The translations under genes and the position numbers were made by a program. 64,000 nt of DNA from Rubripirellula sp. Lineage in GTDB: Bacteria > Planctomycetota > Planctomycetia > Pirellulales > Pirellulaceae. The DNA lies in the NCBI GenBank assembly GCA_965216875.1, contig OZ244207.1, positions 320,001-384,000 on the forward strand. The letters are read 5' to 3'. The notes under the pieces are model-generated. The model made no database searches. It had not been told where the DNA came from and saw only the letters and a program-made list of their open reading frames with translations. Of the stretch, positions 43,641-54,071 are shown piece by piece (the stretch's first letter is position 1; every line of letters starts with the position of its first letter).

Positions 43641-44951
43641 ATGAGTAGACAACACGTGATCCGAATTTGTCTCTTTGTGTCGCTTCTGTGGGGTGGGTTA
43701 ACGAATCAACCGAACTGCTTGGCTCAAAACGGAACGCTCGCCGAACCGTTCCCAGCGTCGGGATCCAACGCGGCGCTTGACTACCAACGGGCCATCATCC
43801 ATTTGGCAAATGTTGACGACACCCGAGTGCTGTCCAAGCCGATTTGGGAAGTCTTGCCGTCCGTGCCTGAGAAGCAACTTCCTGCGTCGATCGAGCGGCT
43901 GCTGACCAAGGGGCGATTTGCCGTGCAATCTGCGGCGGCAGGAACGCGGGCCCACCACTGTGACTTTGGAATCGATTTCCGCCAAGGCGGTGCCGCTGTG
44001 CAGCTGCCTCACGTGGAACCGTTGGTGAAGATTGGGCGATTGCTGACCCTTCGCGGTGCGCTCGCACAGTCGCGTGGCGATTGGCAGGGGGCGATGATCA
44101 TCTACTTTGACGGCTTGCGTCTGGGACGACATCTCAACCAACAGAACACCTTGATTGAATCGCTGGCTGGCATCGAGATTCTGCGGAACAACTATTACGC
44201 ACTCGCGAGTTGGGCATGTCATTGCCCCTCACGGCCTCTTGTTGCTCGAGCATTTGGACTGTTCGAGTCGTTGCAGTCGACGTTGGTTCAACCGGCACAG
44301 GTCATTACCCGCGAGTCCAGCATTCTGGCACTTGAAATCGAGCGGCTCGCACTCAACTATCCGGATGGCCCGTGGGCCTACCAGTTGCTTGATTCTTACG
44401 GTATCGAGCCGTCGGGCGATCCAAAGCAGGATGCCAAGAAAGCGATTGAGGTTTGCACGCAAAAGGGTGTGCCGAGTGAAACGTTCGAATCCGTCAAAAA
44501 CTTCAGGTCCTACTTGGCGAAGATTCGTTCGAGCAGCAATCGACTGACCGAGGCGATCGGTGCCTGCGTGAGCTTGCCCGCCAAGGCCCGCGTTCAGCGA
44601 GCGATCGCTTTGAAGCAAAAGTACAAGTCGCTCTTAAAGGTCCTCGATGATGACACTTCGGTCGATCCAGTCGAAGTGTCGGTGTTTATTGGCGAGCATG
44701 ATGCGGAACGGACCATCCTGCGCGTCGCTCTAGCCGTCGCAGCGAGCAAGGACGAGGGCAAGTATCCCGAGTCAATCAAAGAAGTTGCTGATCGTTTTGG
44801 TGGCAGCACACCCCAGGATCCCTACCGCGGTGGCGACATTGGATTTCACCGCAGTGAGGACGGCTCGAGTTTTGAATTGACGGTCGACTCGCTCGGGAAG
44901 CTCCCTCGCGTTCATTTTGCGAGTGTCCCACCATCGGGACCGACTCCCTAG
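43641..44951 (+). CDS. Secreted hypothetical protein
   Basis: AAGGAG RBS, signal peptide, NAALDY, C-terminal YPES...PQDPYRG motif; function unknown. Confidence 0.7.
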   Translation: MSRQHVIRICLFVSLLWGGLTNQPNCLAQNGTLAEPFPASGSNAALDYQRAIIHLANVDDTRVLSKPIWEVLPSVPEKQLPASIERLLTKGRFAVQSAAAGTRAHHCDFGIDFRQGGAAVQLPHVEPLVKIGRLLTLRGALAQSRGDWQGAMIIYFDGLRLGRHLNQQNTLIESLAGIEILRNNYYALASWACHCPSRPLVARAFGLFESLQSTLVQPAQVITRESSILALEIERLALNYPDGPWAYQLLDSYGIEPSGDPKQDAKKAIEVCTQKGVPSETFESVKNFRSYLAKIRSSSNRLTEAIGACVSLPAKARVQRAIALKQKYKSLLKVLDDDTSVDPVEVSVFIGEHDAERTILRVALAVAASKDEGKYPESIKEVADRFGGSTPQDPYRGGDIGFHRSEDGSSFELTVDSLGKLPRVHFASVPPSGPTP

Positions 44952-45029
44952 TCGATTGCACACGATTCCAGCGCCAATCCATCCAAACACAAAGCACGAA
45001 ACATCGACGCATCGCGTCAGGAGATAAGA

Positions 45030-46436
45030 ATGACTTCCAAACCCCACCGATCTGCAGTGACCGTCGCAGTTTCGTTGATGTTGGTCATCGCTATTTCACA
45101 ACCTTCCAGCGCTGCCAAGGTTAGCGTTGACGGCAAAGTCGTGATCGCCAACGTTGACCGATATGACGCGACGTTCAAAGTGGGAAAGGTTCGCAAGACC
45201 GTTGCGCCCAAAAAGGCGAGCGTGTTGAGTCCAAAGAAGTTCCCGATCGAAATTGAAATCTGGACCGGCGCCAAGAATGACGCGCGATGGGCGCCACAGA
45301 AAATCGACTCAGCAGGGATCTATACCTTCCGATTTCAAGCGGGACGGTGGACGCTCAGCAAACACCAAGCGAAACCAAAGTCGGCAGCGACGACGCGGCC
45401 GACTCAGTCGCAAACTCAAAACCGCGTCGCGGCTCGGCCAACCTATCGCCGAACCACCGGTTCGCGATCACGCGTTGTTCGCGGTAGCGGTCGGATTTAT
45501 CGAGGTCCGCGATTTCCACTTCTCTACAGGGTCGCCGGGGATGCACTCTGGCTGTACCGATTCATTCGTGATGAGGAAGATCGTGAGTGGATCCGCGACA
45601 TCATTCTTGGCGAAGAGATTGATCGGGAAATCGAGAGAATTCTCGATCGGCTTGATGCGGTCAACCTTCCCGCTGAGGATCGGTTGCGGTTGGAAGAGGC
45701 GATCGATGATCTGAGGAATCTGAGTGACCAAGACTTAAAGGATCTCGACGCCGCTACCAACGACGAATGGGATGCGGTCCGTGATGAACTGGGCGATCAG
45801 GTTACCGACAACGCTTGGACGGAAGTTGAGTCGGACCTCTCGGACTTGGGCGTAGATGACCTGTCAGAGGGTGAGACGGCGGACCTTGGCGATCTAGGGA
45901 TTGGCGATATCGAGAGTAACCTCGACTTTGGTGATCTCGACACCGGAAACATGGATCTGGACGCAATGGACTTGGGCGCGATGGACCAGGGCGGATTCGG
46001 TGGTTCGCTCGACAATGTTGACCTGGGCGACATCGGGGGCGGCATCGAAGACATCGATGTTGGTGACCTGGGTGGATTCGGCGGCGGCGGATTCGATGGC
46101 GGTTTCGCGCCCGGCGGTGGTTTTGAACCTGGTGGCGGCCTCGATGGTGGATTTGACGGCGGCGGCGGATTCGATGGCGGTTTCGCGCCCGGCGGTGGTT
46201 TTGAACCTGGTGGCGGCCTCGATGGTGGATTTGACGGCGGCGGCGGATTCGATGGCGGCTATGGCGGCGGTTTCGATGGTGGCTATGGCGGCGGCTTTGA
46301 CTATGACGCCGGCGGGTTCGACGATTTCGGTGGTGGCTTTGAAGACTTTGGCGGGGGCGGTGATTTCGGCGGAGGCGGCTTTGATGATTTCGGAGGCGGC
46401 TTCGATGATTTCGGAGGCGGTTTCGACGATTTCTAG
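45030..46436 (+). CDS. Secreted protein with Arg-rich linker and long Gly/Asp/Phe low-complexity tail
   Basis: AGGAG RBS, signal peptide; C-terminal third is GGFD/GGFE/DLGD repeats. Confidence 0.75.
   Translation: MTSKPHRSAVTVAVSLMLVIAISQPSSAAKVSVDGKVVIANVDRYDATFKVGKVRKTVAPKKASVLSPKKFPIEIEIWTGAKNDARWAPQKIDSAGIYTFRFQAGRWTLSKHQAKPKSAATTRPTQSQTQNRVAARPTYRRTTGSRSRVVRGSGRIYRGPRFPLLYRVAGDALWLYRFIRDEEDREWIRDIILGEEIDREIERILDRLDAVNLPAEDRLRLEEAIDDLRNLSDQDLKDLDAATNDEWDAVRDELGDQVTDNAWTEVESDLSDLGVDDLSEGETADLGDLGIGDIESNLDFGDLDTGNMDLDAMDLGAMDQGGFGGSLDNVDLGDIGGGIEDIDVGDLGGFGGGGFDGGFAPGGGFEPGGGLDGGFDGGGGFDGGFAPGGGFEPGGGLDGGFDGGGGFDGGYGGGFDGGYGGGFDYDAGGFDDFGGGFEDFGGGGDFGGGGFDDFGGGFDDFGGGFDDF
46080..46258 (+). 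repeat. Exact 78-bp in-frame tandem repeat (about 2.3 copies)
   Basis: Units start at 46080, 46158 and 46236 and encode GGGGFDGGFAPGGGFEPGGGLDGGFD. Confidence 0.9.
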
Positions 46437-46446
46437 TTTTCGTTCG

Positions 46447-46686
46447 ACCTCTCCCGCTCGCGGGAGAGGTCGTGCTCTCGGTCTTCGGTTCGGTGGCTCA
46501 CGCCACCGGCACGGATATTTCGCCCTCCGGGCTACAGTTTCAAAGTCCCGCTGAGCCCGGAGGGCGGTAAATCACAGCCGGCGGCGTCATCCGCCGGTTT
46601 GCTGAGCCGCGATCGCGTGAGCGGCCGGGCCTTACTCGCATTCACGCGTCGGCAAGGGCCCGAGGCCTCACGGCCAGCGGCTCACG
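46447..46686. repeat. Mixed REP/palindrome cluster
   Basis: cctctcccgctcgcgggagagg; gccctccgggct...agcccggagggc; gagccgcgatcgcgtgagcggccgggcc...ggcccgaggcctcacggccagcggctca. Confidence 0.7.
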
Positions 46687-46815
46687 GGCACTGTCTCGAT
46701 GTGAAGCTGGGGGAACCTTGACGACTGTTCCGATTTTGCTGGCGGCCGGCCGGATGGGGAATCGATAGCGAGTAGGTGTGACACCCTAGAAACCTCGCTG
46801 CGAGATGGACCGATC

Positions 46816-47538
46816 ATGTTGTCGAAAAGCCTGCCGGCCGTTGTGATTGCTTGGTTGTTTTGCGGCACCGTCGTTTCGCAAGAGCCGAACCGTTTCGAGG
46901 ATTCGAGGACAACGGCTTCGCTCGCACAAATCATCCGCACCGCGACGCCTGAGCAAATCGGACTTGGAGACCAAACGGCGGTTGCCGCGCCGGTACCGAT
47001 ACCTGCATCTCGCCACGATCCTCGTCCATTGCAGCAGGTTCAGTTCGAGGTAGTCGATACGGAACCAGCCAGGCCAAGTGGCAGGTCACTTGACGACCAG
47101 CTTGCTCAGCTGCGAAAACCGATCGGCCAAATCGTCGTCGACACTCAAAGTAGTCAGTCAGGGACCCCGGTCGATGTGCGAGTGCCCATGTCGGATGAGC
47201 TGCTCGTCACCTCCTTCGCCGCAGAAATTCCTGGCCCCGATCGGTACAGCTATCCGATGCGTCATCGTCCTCTGTATTACGAACAACCCAACCTCGAGCG
47301 ATGCGGGCACCACTTCTGTTATTTCCAGAATGGCGTCTCGGCGGTTCAATTCATTGGCGGCACGTTTCTGTTGCCTTACAAGATTGCCAAGCAGCGAGCG
47401 GATTGCACCTTGCCAAGCAAAGGCGATTGCAAGTGTTGCGAGATCCTGCCTTGTGGCTGTGGCTTGTTGCCGATCAGTGGTTGTGCCACGGCGACGGAAG
47501 TGGCCGCGCTTGCAGGGTTCTCATTCCTGCTGCTCTAG
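46816..47538 (+). CDS. Secreted hypothetical protein
   Basis: Signal peptide; HRPLYYEQPNLERCGH...SAVQF...LLPYK motif; Cys-rich C-terminus. Confidence 0.7.
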   Translation: MLSKSLPAVVIAWLFCGTVVSQEPNRFEDSRTTASLAQIIRTATPEQIGLGDQTAVAAPVPIPASRHDPRPLQQVQFEVVDTEPARPSGRSLDDQLAQLRKPIGQIVVDTQSSQSGTPVDVRVPMSDELLVTSFAAEIPGPDRYSYPMRHRPLYYEQPNLERCGHHFCYFQNGVSAVQFIGGTFLLPYKIAKQRADCTLPSKGDCKCCEILPCGCGLLPISGCATATEVAALAGFSFLLL

Positions 47539-47546
47539 CCAGTACG

Positions 47547-48611
47547 CTACTCGGCAGTGTCATCAAGACCGTAGTCTTTGATCTTTTTGTGCAGCGTGTT
47601 GCGATTGATGCCCAAGCGTGTTGCAGCTTTAGTTTGGACGCCGCCACAGGAAGCAAGGATTTGCGCGATCAATTCCTTCTCCACTCGTTCGACGATCACG
47701 GAATGGATTTCGCCAGCTTTCGCGTTCGGGTCGCTCAAGCCACGCATCACGACTTCGCGAGTCAGCGAATCGATGTCTCCCGAGATGGTTGCACTCGTTT
47801 CCGGCGTTTCGCTACTGGTGACGCAACGGGGTAGCAGGTCGACGGTCAACTCGTCGGTTTCCGACATCACGACGGCACGTTCGATATAGTTCTGCAATTC
47901 GCGGACGTTCCCAGGCCAGTGGTAGTCCTGGAGCGCTTCGATCACCCCCGGTCCGTAATAGACAACGTAGCGATCGTTGACTTCGTTGTAGTACTCGAGA
48001 AAGTACGACACGAGCGCGGGGATGTCTTCGCGTCTTCGCCGCAGCGGTGGAATCTCAATTGGGACAACGTTCAGCCGCCAGTAAAGGTCTTCGCGAAAGC
48101 GTTCCGACTTGACCTCTTGCATCAAGTCTCGGTTGCTGGCGGCAATGATTCTTGCATCGGTGCTGAGTGTGCTGGTGTCGCCAACGCGTTCAAATTCTTT
48201 CTCTTGCAGCACTCGGAGCAGTTTCACTTGCAGCGTGAGCGAAGTGCTGTTGATTTCATCCAGGAAGACGGTGCCGCCGTCGGCTGCTTCGAATCGTCCG
48301 GTGCGGTTGGCGACGGCTCCCGTGAAGGCTCCTCGGACGTGGCCAAAGAGTTCGCTCTCGAGCAAGCTTTCGCTTAACGCACCGCAGTTGACTTTGACAA
48401 ATGGTCCGCCACCGCGATGGCTAAGTTTGTGAACGGCGTTTGCGATCAATTCCTTGCCGCAACCGGTTTCGCCAAGAATCAAAACCGACGCATTGCTGCC
48501 TGCGACGCGGCGCGTAATTCGATACACCTCCTGCATCGCCGGCGAAGTGCCGATGATTCCTTCGATGGGAGGTCCGCCGGACCCTTGAGGTGGGATGCCG
48601 AGAATCGCCAT
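47547..48611 (-). CDS. Sigma-54-dependent enhancer-binding protein (AAA+ and Fis HTH) without an N-terminal regulatory domain
   Basis: [64 protein letters not shown]. Confidence 0.93.
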   Translation of the reverse strand: MAILGIPPQGSGGPPIEGIIGTSPAMQEVYRITRRVAGSNASVLILGETGCGKELIANAVHKLSHRGGGPFVKVNCGALSESLLESELFGHVRGAFTGAVANRTGRFEAADGGTVFLDEINSTSLTLQVKLLRVLQEKEFERVGDTSTLSTDARIIAASNRDLMQEVKSERFREDLYWRLNVVPIEIPPLRRRREDIPALVSYFLEYYNEVNDRYVVYYGPGVIEALQDYHWPGNVRELQNYIERAVVMSETDELTVDLLPRCVTSSETPETSATISGDIDSLTREVVMRGLSDPNAKAGEIHSVIVERVEKELIAQILASCGGVQTKAATRLGINRNTLHKKIKDYGLDDTAE

Positions 48612-48888
48612 AACTCGTCACGAAACGTCACTACGGTTGCCTGCGTCGGGTCCTTTCCGTTTCCGTGTTGATGGGAGAGGAACGTTGGCACAACCGTTTT
48701 TCAGTGCACGTTCATCGTGCACCGCGGCAGCGCCACGACCGATGCGTGCACTGTGCTCCAGTCGCCAAACGGTGTTGCACGCTCGTTCGACCAGTTCCGG
48801 AATCGCACAATACCCGCCAATCGCGATGCCAGCAGGAGTGACGATACCCCGAAATGACCCATCGCGGTAGCCTTGATAGCCTGGGCAA

Positions 48889-50832
48889 CTACCGAAGCGG
48901 GCCAGCTTTGGTCAGATAATGCCCCGCTTCCTGTTGGTAAAGCTGCCGATCGACGGAGGTTAACGGCGGCAAGCGGCGCATTCGGTCGATTTGCGTGACC
49001 AAATCACGAAAAGCAAACGTCGATACGGGTCTTTCGATCTGTATCGCTGGTGCGGCCCAACGCTCCGAGTCGAGGCCGATCACTTCATCTTCGCCATAGA
49101 AAACGATCGGGACATGGTGCCCGCGTTGAGTTCGACGCACGAGATCGAGCATCTCGATCGCCGTGGCATCACGCAATCTCGTCGTTGAAACGATCATGCG
49201 GATATCGCCACCGTCGCGGATGAGCCGTTGAACTTGGTTGACCGAACCGGCGATGCGGACTTCGTAACCCATCTGTCCGAGGATCTGTTCCTGAACAAGG
49301 ATGGTCTCGGGGCTGGTTTCAACGAGCACGACGGTCGGCAGTTTGTCGAGCGTTCGCAGTTCCGCCAGCGTTCTGCGGACACGGCTGCTACCGGCATACG
49401 GAGTGGAGCCTGCAAGTTTGGCGGCGACCAATGCCGCCTCGAACCGAACGCGAGGTCGGCTGTGCGTGGCCGCTTCAACCAACGGGGTGACTTTGGCGTC
49501 ACCCGATCGAAGCAGTTCCTCGATCGCAAGCGGGGTCACGTTGTCCGTGTCAACCAAGCGAATCAGCCCAATCATCGCTGGTTCATCGTCTTTTTCGATT
49601 GCCGACGCGAGCGCCCACGAGAGTGCTGATCCAGACACCGATTGTCCGTAGGCTTTTCGAACCGCGTCCTTTTGTTCGGCATCACCCCAATCGGGATCCA
49701 CCAGGACTTGGTACCCAACGTCGGTCAGAACCACTTTGGTTTGAACGTCGGCGGGAAGATAACCGATTCGCCGTAATCGAGACGCCACGTCCACTGCTGC
49801 GCGATAGTTGGCCATCATCACCGAAGTCAACTCGGCGTTGACCGAAGTGCGATCCGAACCAACCACCCAAACCTCTGCCATTTGGGAATCGTTTGGAGTC
49901 GAACGCGCGACCTTGAGCAACTGTTCAAGATGTCGTGCCAGTCCTCGAACGACTGCATTCTGTGATGGCGTTTCCAAGCCCAGTTGCTTCAAAATACCTT
50001 TGGCCGAATCCTGTTCCTCTGGTGATGCATCGGCGGCGTACAACGCTGTGATCACATCCGCCATCGACTCTTCTCGCCCCAGGCGAGCGAGCGCTGCGGT
50101 GGCGTGGCGGCGTGCATCAGGTGTTCCATAGATGGCAACCTGCTGCAATGCATCGACGCCGCCGGAACCTAAACGCATCAAGATCCGAAGCAGTTCATCT
50201 CGCGTGGCATCGCGCTGTCCAGCGGCAATTGCGGAAACGATCTCGACAACAGAAAGGTTGCCACCTTGAAGTAGTTGTCGAGAGGCGCCTAGTTGAACAT
50301 CGGTTTGATTGCTGGAGAGTTGTGAGATCGCATTCTTGAGCCGTTCGGGGGCTTGGCGAATTTTGGCTGCTTTGTCGGCCAAGCGTTTTGCCGCCTCACG
50401 CCCAGCCGGAGTGACCTTTTCATTGAGCTGTATCTTCAACAAATTTGCCGGTCCGATGATTCGTGCCACTTCTTCGGTCTCGGCGTCACTCATCGGGCGA
50501 GAGCCCGCGATTTCAATGAGCTGGCTAACTTCCTTCCACCGATTCAGCCGTGTCAATCGCTGGGTCGATTCGGCAAGTTGAATGTTGCCGCGACCGGCGA
50601 TCTCAAGCAGTTGAATGACTATCGGTGTCGGTGGGACTTCTTCTTCCTGCGGTTCTTCCTTTTCCTCTTCTGGCTCGTCCTTTTCTTCTTCGTCGAAGGT
50701 CCCCTCTGGAATATCAGGGAAGGGATCGTCACGCATCTGAGCGACCGCCATTGGTGACATACTGACCAATGAGATAAGGAACACCACGACCAAGAGATTG
50801 CGTGGATGCCAGAAAAGGTTCGTGCGTCGCAT
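48889..50832 (-). CDS. Secreted HEAT/ARM-like repeat protein with C-terminal receiver-like domain
   Basis: Signal peptide, acidic linker, HEAT-like units (RVRFEAAL); C-terminus VVLVE...GYEV...VPIVFY...IERP resembles a degenerate REC fold. Confidence 0.6.
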   Translation of the reverse strand: MRRTNLFWHPRNLLVVVFLISLVSMSPMAVAQMRDDPFPDIPEGTFDEEEKDEPEEEKEEPQEEEVPPTPIVIQLLEIAGRGNIQLAESTQRLTRLNRWKEVSQLIEIAGSRPMSDAETEEVARIIGPANLLKIQLNEKVTPAGREAAKRLADKAAKIRQAPERLKNAISQLSSNQTDVQLGASRQLLQGGNLSVVEIVSAIAAGQRDATRDELLRILMRLGSGGVDALQQVAIYGTPDARRHATAALARLGREESMADVITALYAADASPEEQDSAKGILKQLGLETPSQNAVVRGLARHLEQLLKVARSTPNDSQMAEVWVVGSDRTSVNAELTSVMMANYRAAVDVASRLRRIGYLPADVQTKVVLTDVGYQVLVDPDWGDAEQKDAVRKAYGQSVSGSALSWALASAIEKDDEPAMIGLIRLVDTDNVTPLAIEELLRSGDAKVTPLVEAATHSRPRVRFEAALVAAKLAGSTPYAGSSRVRRTLAELRTLDKLPTVVLVETSPETILVQEQILGQMGYEVRIAGSVNQVQRLIRDGGDIRMIVSTTRLRDATAIEMLDLVRRTQRGHHVPIVFYGEDEVIGLDSERWAAPAIQIERPVSTFAFRDLVTQIDRMRRLPPLTSVDRQLYQQEAGHYLTKAGPLR

Positions 50833-51028
50833 GTGCGGAACTGAATGAAAAGGAGACAAAGCGAATCGGCGGACCGCCGGGCTCCACCATCATAGTTGCC
50901 AAATCGACCTTGGCCCGGATCGCCCCAAAAGTTGGCTTGCGGCAGCAAACACCGGAGAATTCGGCTGTCGTTGCCGACGTCGGCGGGCTGTCGCCGACGA
51001 AACGAAGTGATCGCGGGCCTAGCTGGCC

Positions 51029-51499
51029 CTACAGGGGGGCGTCCTCGAGCGATTCAAGAAGGTCCTGTTTGGCGTCCCACTGCAGCGTTCCTTCTTCGGG
51101 ATCGCCCAACATTTTGAGTTGCTTGTCGACCAACTCGACGTGTCGATCCCAATGCTGTTGGACTTCGACCTTGCCGGGGACGACGCGAGGTCGCAAACGT
51201 TCGCGACGCTGACGCATGAACTCTTGGTCCATCGCGATGGCTTGGTCACGAATGGCTTGCGCTTCGGACTGAGCCCGTTCCGAACGCCGGTCGAGCCAAA
51301 TGTTGCGCGAATGTTGCTGGGCAATCGACTCGGGGCTGCCTTCCTCGAACGTCAGCGCCTTCGACCTGAAGGGCAAGCTGAGTGCCCAGGTCATGATGAT
51401 GCCGGAGAAGACGAAGGAGATCATCAGCCACAGCCGACCGTTGTTGGCTTTGCGGGCTTCAGCTTTTTGTTCAGTCGATTCCGTTTTCTTTTCGGACAC
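51029..51499 (-). CDS. Hypothetical single-pass membrane protein
   Basis: GTG start with GAGG upstream; one TM helix LWLMISFVFSGIIMTWAL. Confidence 0.6.
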   Translation of the reverse strand: MSEKKTESTEQKAEARKANNGRLWLMISFVFSGIIMTWALSLPFRSKALTFEEGSPESIAQQHSRNIWLDRRSERAQSEAQAIRDQAIAMDQEFMRQRRERLRPRVVPGKVEVQQHWDRHVELVDKQLKMLGDPEEGTLQWDAKQDLLESLEDAPL

Positions 51500-51608
51500 G
51501 GAGAACCTCTTTGATTTGTCCCGGTGCGGGTGAACGCCAAAACCGCGGAGCATCCAAGCGGATGATCCACGGCAGGCGTTCAAAGTTTTGGGGTGGGGTA
51601 GGGTTGGT

Positions 51609-52877
51609 TTACTTAGTCAAAATGGTAGGTAGGTTGTTGGCGATCTCTTCGAAGATCGCGACGAGCTGGTCACCATTGGCAGCGTGGTAGTGTTTTCCGC
51701 CACCAATGTTTGACACTTGTTGCATCAAGTTTTGGTCTGCACCTTCACCAAAGGTGACGGTGTGAATGGTCAGGTTGTAGTTGCCCATCAGGTCCGAAGC
51801 GACCGACACGGGGCTGATGCCACTGTTGTGGATACCGTCCGTCATCACGACCATGGTTTTGGCAGCGAAGGGGCGTGCGGCCGAGTCGAGCAGCGATTGG
51901 ATTCCTTCCTGCATGCCGCGACCGATTGCTGTCGACCCGCCGGTGTTCAAACCATTGACCGTGTTGCGAATGATCTGGAAATCTTTTTCAAGCCATGTAT
52001 CAAGGCTGGCCCAGTTGGAATAGCTGGCGACCGACACTTGTTCTTCCTGGCTGGTTCCATCAAGCACGTTAAGGAACGCGTTGACTGCTTCGACCAGATC
52101 TTCCCAAGCGGCTCGCGGAGCATCGCCCAGTCCGTAGTGGTCTTCCCAGGCCCAGGTCATGTAGTCGTTTTGCGAAACGCCAGGAGCGTAGCTGTAGCCG
52201 CCCCAGCCGTACGTCAGCAACCCTGCGTTGACGCCTGCGTTCATGGTCGAGTTGTACCAAGGCGAAGTCCCGTAGGGCCAATCCCAGTCGACATCGTCCA
52301 TCGACCCACTGCGGTCCAGGATCAAGGAAATGTCACGGTCGACTTGCATGGCGACCGACATTTGGTTGACGGCAAACTCGTCTGCGTTGAGCAGGCCGGG
52401 GATGATTAGCGGAACGCGACCGGAGAGCGAACCACCGTCGCGTCGGCCGTTGACGCGAATCGCACTGGCGACGACTTGTCCACTTTCGACTTGAGCGGTG
52501 GGGATTTTTTCGAAGTAGTAACGTCCCGTCACGCCGTCTGGCTGAGTCGTCGAGCCGAATTCGATTTCGTTTGCTGAATCTTGAGTCCGCAATTGCAGCG
52601 GCTGGCCATCGACATTGTTCAGCGCAGCAGTGACAAAGGCAGCGTCTTTTGCCGCAGCGACCGTTTGTTCTTCGCTAAAGGCACGTCCGCCAGCTCGGGC
52701 CGCGGCATCCGTTGCGACGTACAGCTCGGTTCGTGTCAGCTGCATTTGCGCGGCGTTAATACAAAACGCGGCCAGCAAAGCGAGGACAGGAAGCAAAAAG
52801 GCCATCAACGCCATCACACTACCGCGACGTCCGCGTCGGGAAACGAAGTGTTGGTTTTTAATTCGGCTGCCGTTCAT
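51609..52877 (-). CDS. TadG-like protein with vWA domain
   Basis: RRGSVMALMAFLLPVL pilin-like N-terminus; ATDAAARAG; LILDRSGSM (MIDAS), STAIG, VVMTDG, IHTVTFG. Confidence 0.85.
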   Translation of the reverse strand: MNGSRIKNQHFVSRRGRRGSVMALMAFLLPVLALLAAFCINAAQMQLTRTELYVATDAAARAGGRAFSEEQTVAAAKDAAFVTAALNNVDGQPLQLRTQDSANEIEFGSTTQPDGVTGRYYFEKIPTAQVESGQVVASAIRVNGRRDGGSLSGRVPLIIPGLLNADEFAVNQMSVAMQVDRDISLILDRSGSMDDVDWDWPYGTSPWYNSTMNAGVNAGLLTYGWGGYSYAPGVSQNDYMTWAWEDHYGLGDAPRAAWEDLVEAVNAFLNVLDGTSQEEQVSVASYSNWASLDTWLEKDFQIIRNTVNGLNTGGSTAIGRGMQEGIQSLLDSAARPFAAKTMVVMTDGIHNSGISPVSVASDLMGNYNLTIHTVTFGEGADQNLMQQVSNIGGGKHYHAANGDQLVAIFEEIANNLPTILTK

Positions 52878-52935
52878 GATGAGACTTCAAGGTTTGGGGG
52901 CAACGTTGTGGAAAAGGGCAAGCGTGTTGGTGCGA

Positions 52936-53373
52936 TTACTGTTGGTAGAAACCGTCGTATCGTTCGGTGCGAATCCGGGCGACCGACTGGATTTCGGTAT
53001 CGGGCAAAAAGAGCGGCGCGAAAAACGCCACTTGAGTCAGGTCGACCGCGACGGTGACCGTGATCTCCGTTGATTCTTCATCAAGATCACTCACGGTGAC
53101 CGTGTACCCGCTGCTGATCAGCGAGTCCATGATCCGCTCCGCTTCGTCGACAGCTTCGGCACTGGTTGCACCAGGGACGATTGCCTGTCGAGCAGCAAAG
53201 TAAGCAGCATCCTGTGAGAGGTTGCGCACCATGTTCATGCGTGCAAACTCGAAACAGGTCAGTGTCATGACGACCATGACATTGGCGACGATCGCGAACT
53301 CCACGACGGCCGCCCCCAATCGGCTGTCGCGTTTCTTCGTGAATCGGCGTTTTGTTCTTCGTTGACGTTTCAT
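52936..53373 (-). CDS. TadE family pseudopilin
   Basis: RLGAAVVEFAIV...AAYFAARQA. Confidence 0.85.
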   Translation of the reverse strand: MKRQRRTKRRFTKKRDSRLGAAVVEFAIVANVMVVMTLTCFEFARMNMVRNLSQDAAYFAARQAIVPGATSAEAVDEAERIMDSLISSGYTVTVSDLDEESTEITVTVAVDLTQVAFFAPLFLPDTEIQSVARIRTERYDGFYQQ

Positions 53374-53424
53374 GACTCGACTCTTGACGTTTAGCCAACC
53401 GAGTTAAGGGGCATCACTAAGGGA

Positions 53425-53871
53425 CTAGTTCAAGTTCTGGTACTCTTTCCGCATCGTCACACTCGCCGAGAGCGTGAGGTTGTCAAACCATTGAGATGGG
53501 ATGAGCAGGTTTCCCGCGCAAGGCACTTGGACGGTCACGGTGACATTCTCAAGCGTGTCGGCCGCATCGAATCCGGGCGAGCTGTACGAGACAACGGTTG
53601 AGGTGTCGTAGGTAATGTTTCGCTCTTCGAGGAATTCGGTGATCCGTGCCGTCGAATCGGCATTGGTTCTTCCACGTCCCACGCCACGCCGGGCACCTTC
53701 ATAGGCCGCAAGCGTCACGGACTCCTTCAGGAACATCATTGAACACAGGTCGATCGTGCCGATCGTGAGAACCACGAGGCAGGGCAGGATGAAGGCGAAT
53801 TCAATCGTCGCAGCCGCAAGACTCTTGCGGCCTTTTCGCATTCGGCGTCGTTTTATTCTTGGAGCGGACAT
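53425..53871 (-). CDS. TadE family pseudopilin
   Basis: AAATIEFAFILP...AAYEGARRG. Confidence 0.85.
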   Translation of the reverse strand: MSAPRIKRRRMRKGRKSLAAATIEFAFILPCLVVLTIGTIDLCSMMFLKESVTLAAYEGARRGVGRGRTNADSTARITEFLEERNITYDTSTVVSYSSPGFDAADTLENVTVTVQVPCAGNLLIPSQWFDNLTLSASVTMRKEYQNLN

Positions 53872-54071
53872 GACATTGGTCGTGAGTTAAGAGAAGGCAA
53901 CCACCGGCTCTGACTGAAACGTAGGTCAGAAAATCGAAGGGGGCGCAAGTTTTTTCCGATTTCGCTTGCCACGCACCGAAATGCGTGCCTATTCCCGTGG
54001 GGGTCGACGCTAAACAGATTGGCGGCTTCACCGTAGAATGCGGATCTTCGTTTCAACCGGAACCCAGATTC

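Noticed and set aside
46080..46436. CRISPR-like array
   Set aside because: The repeats are contiguous, in-frame coding repeats without unique spacers, and no cas genes are present.
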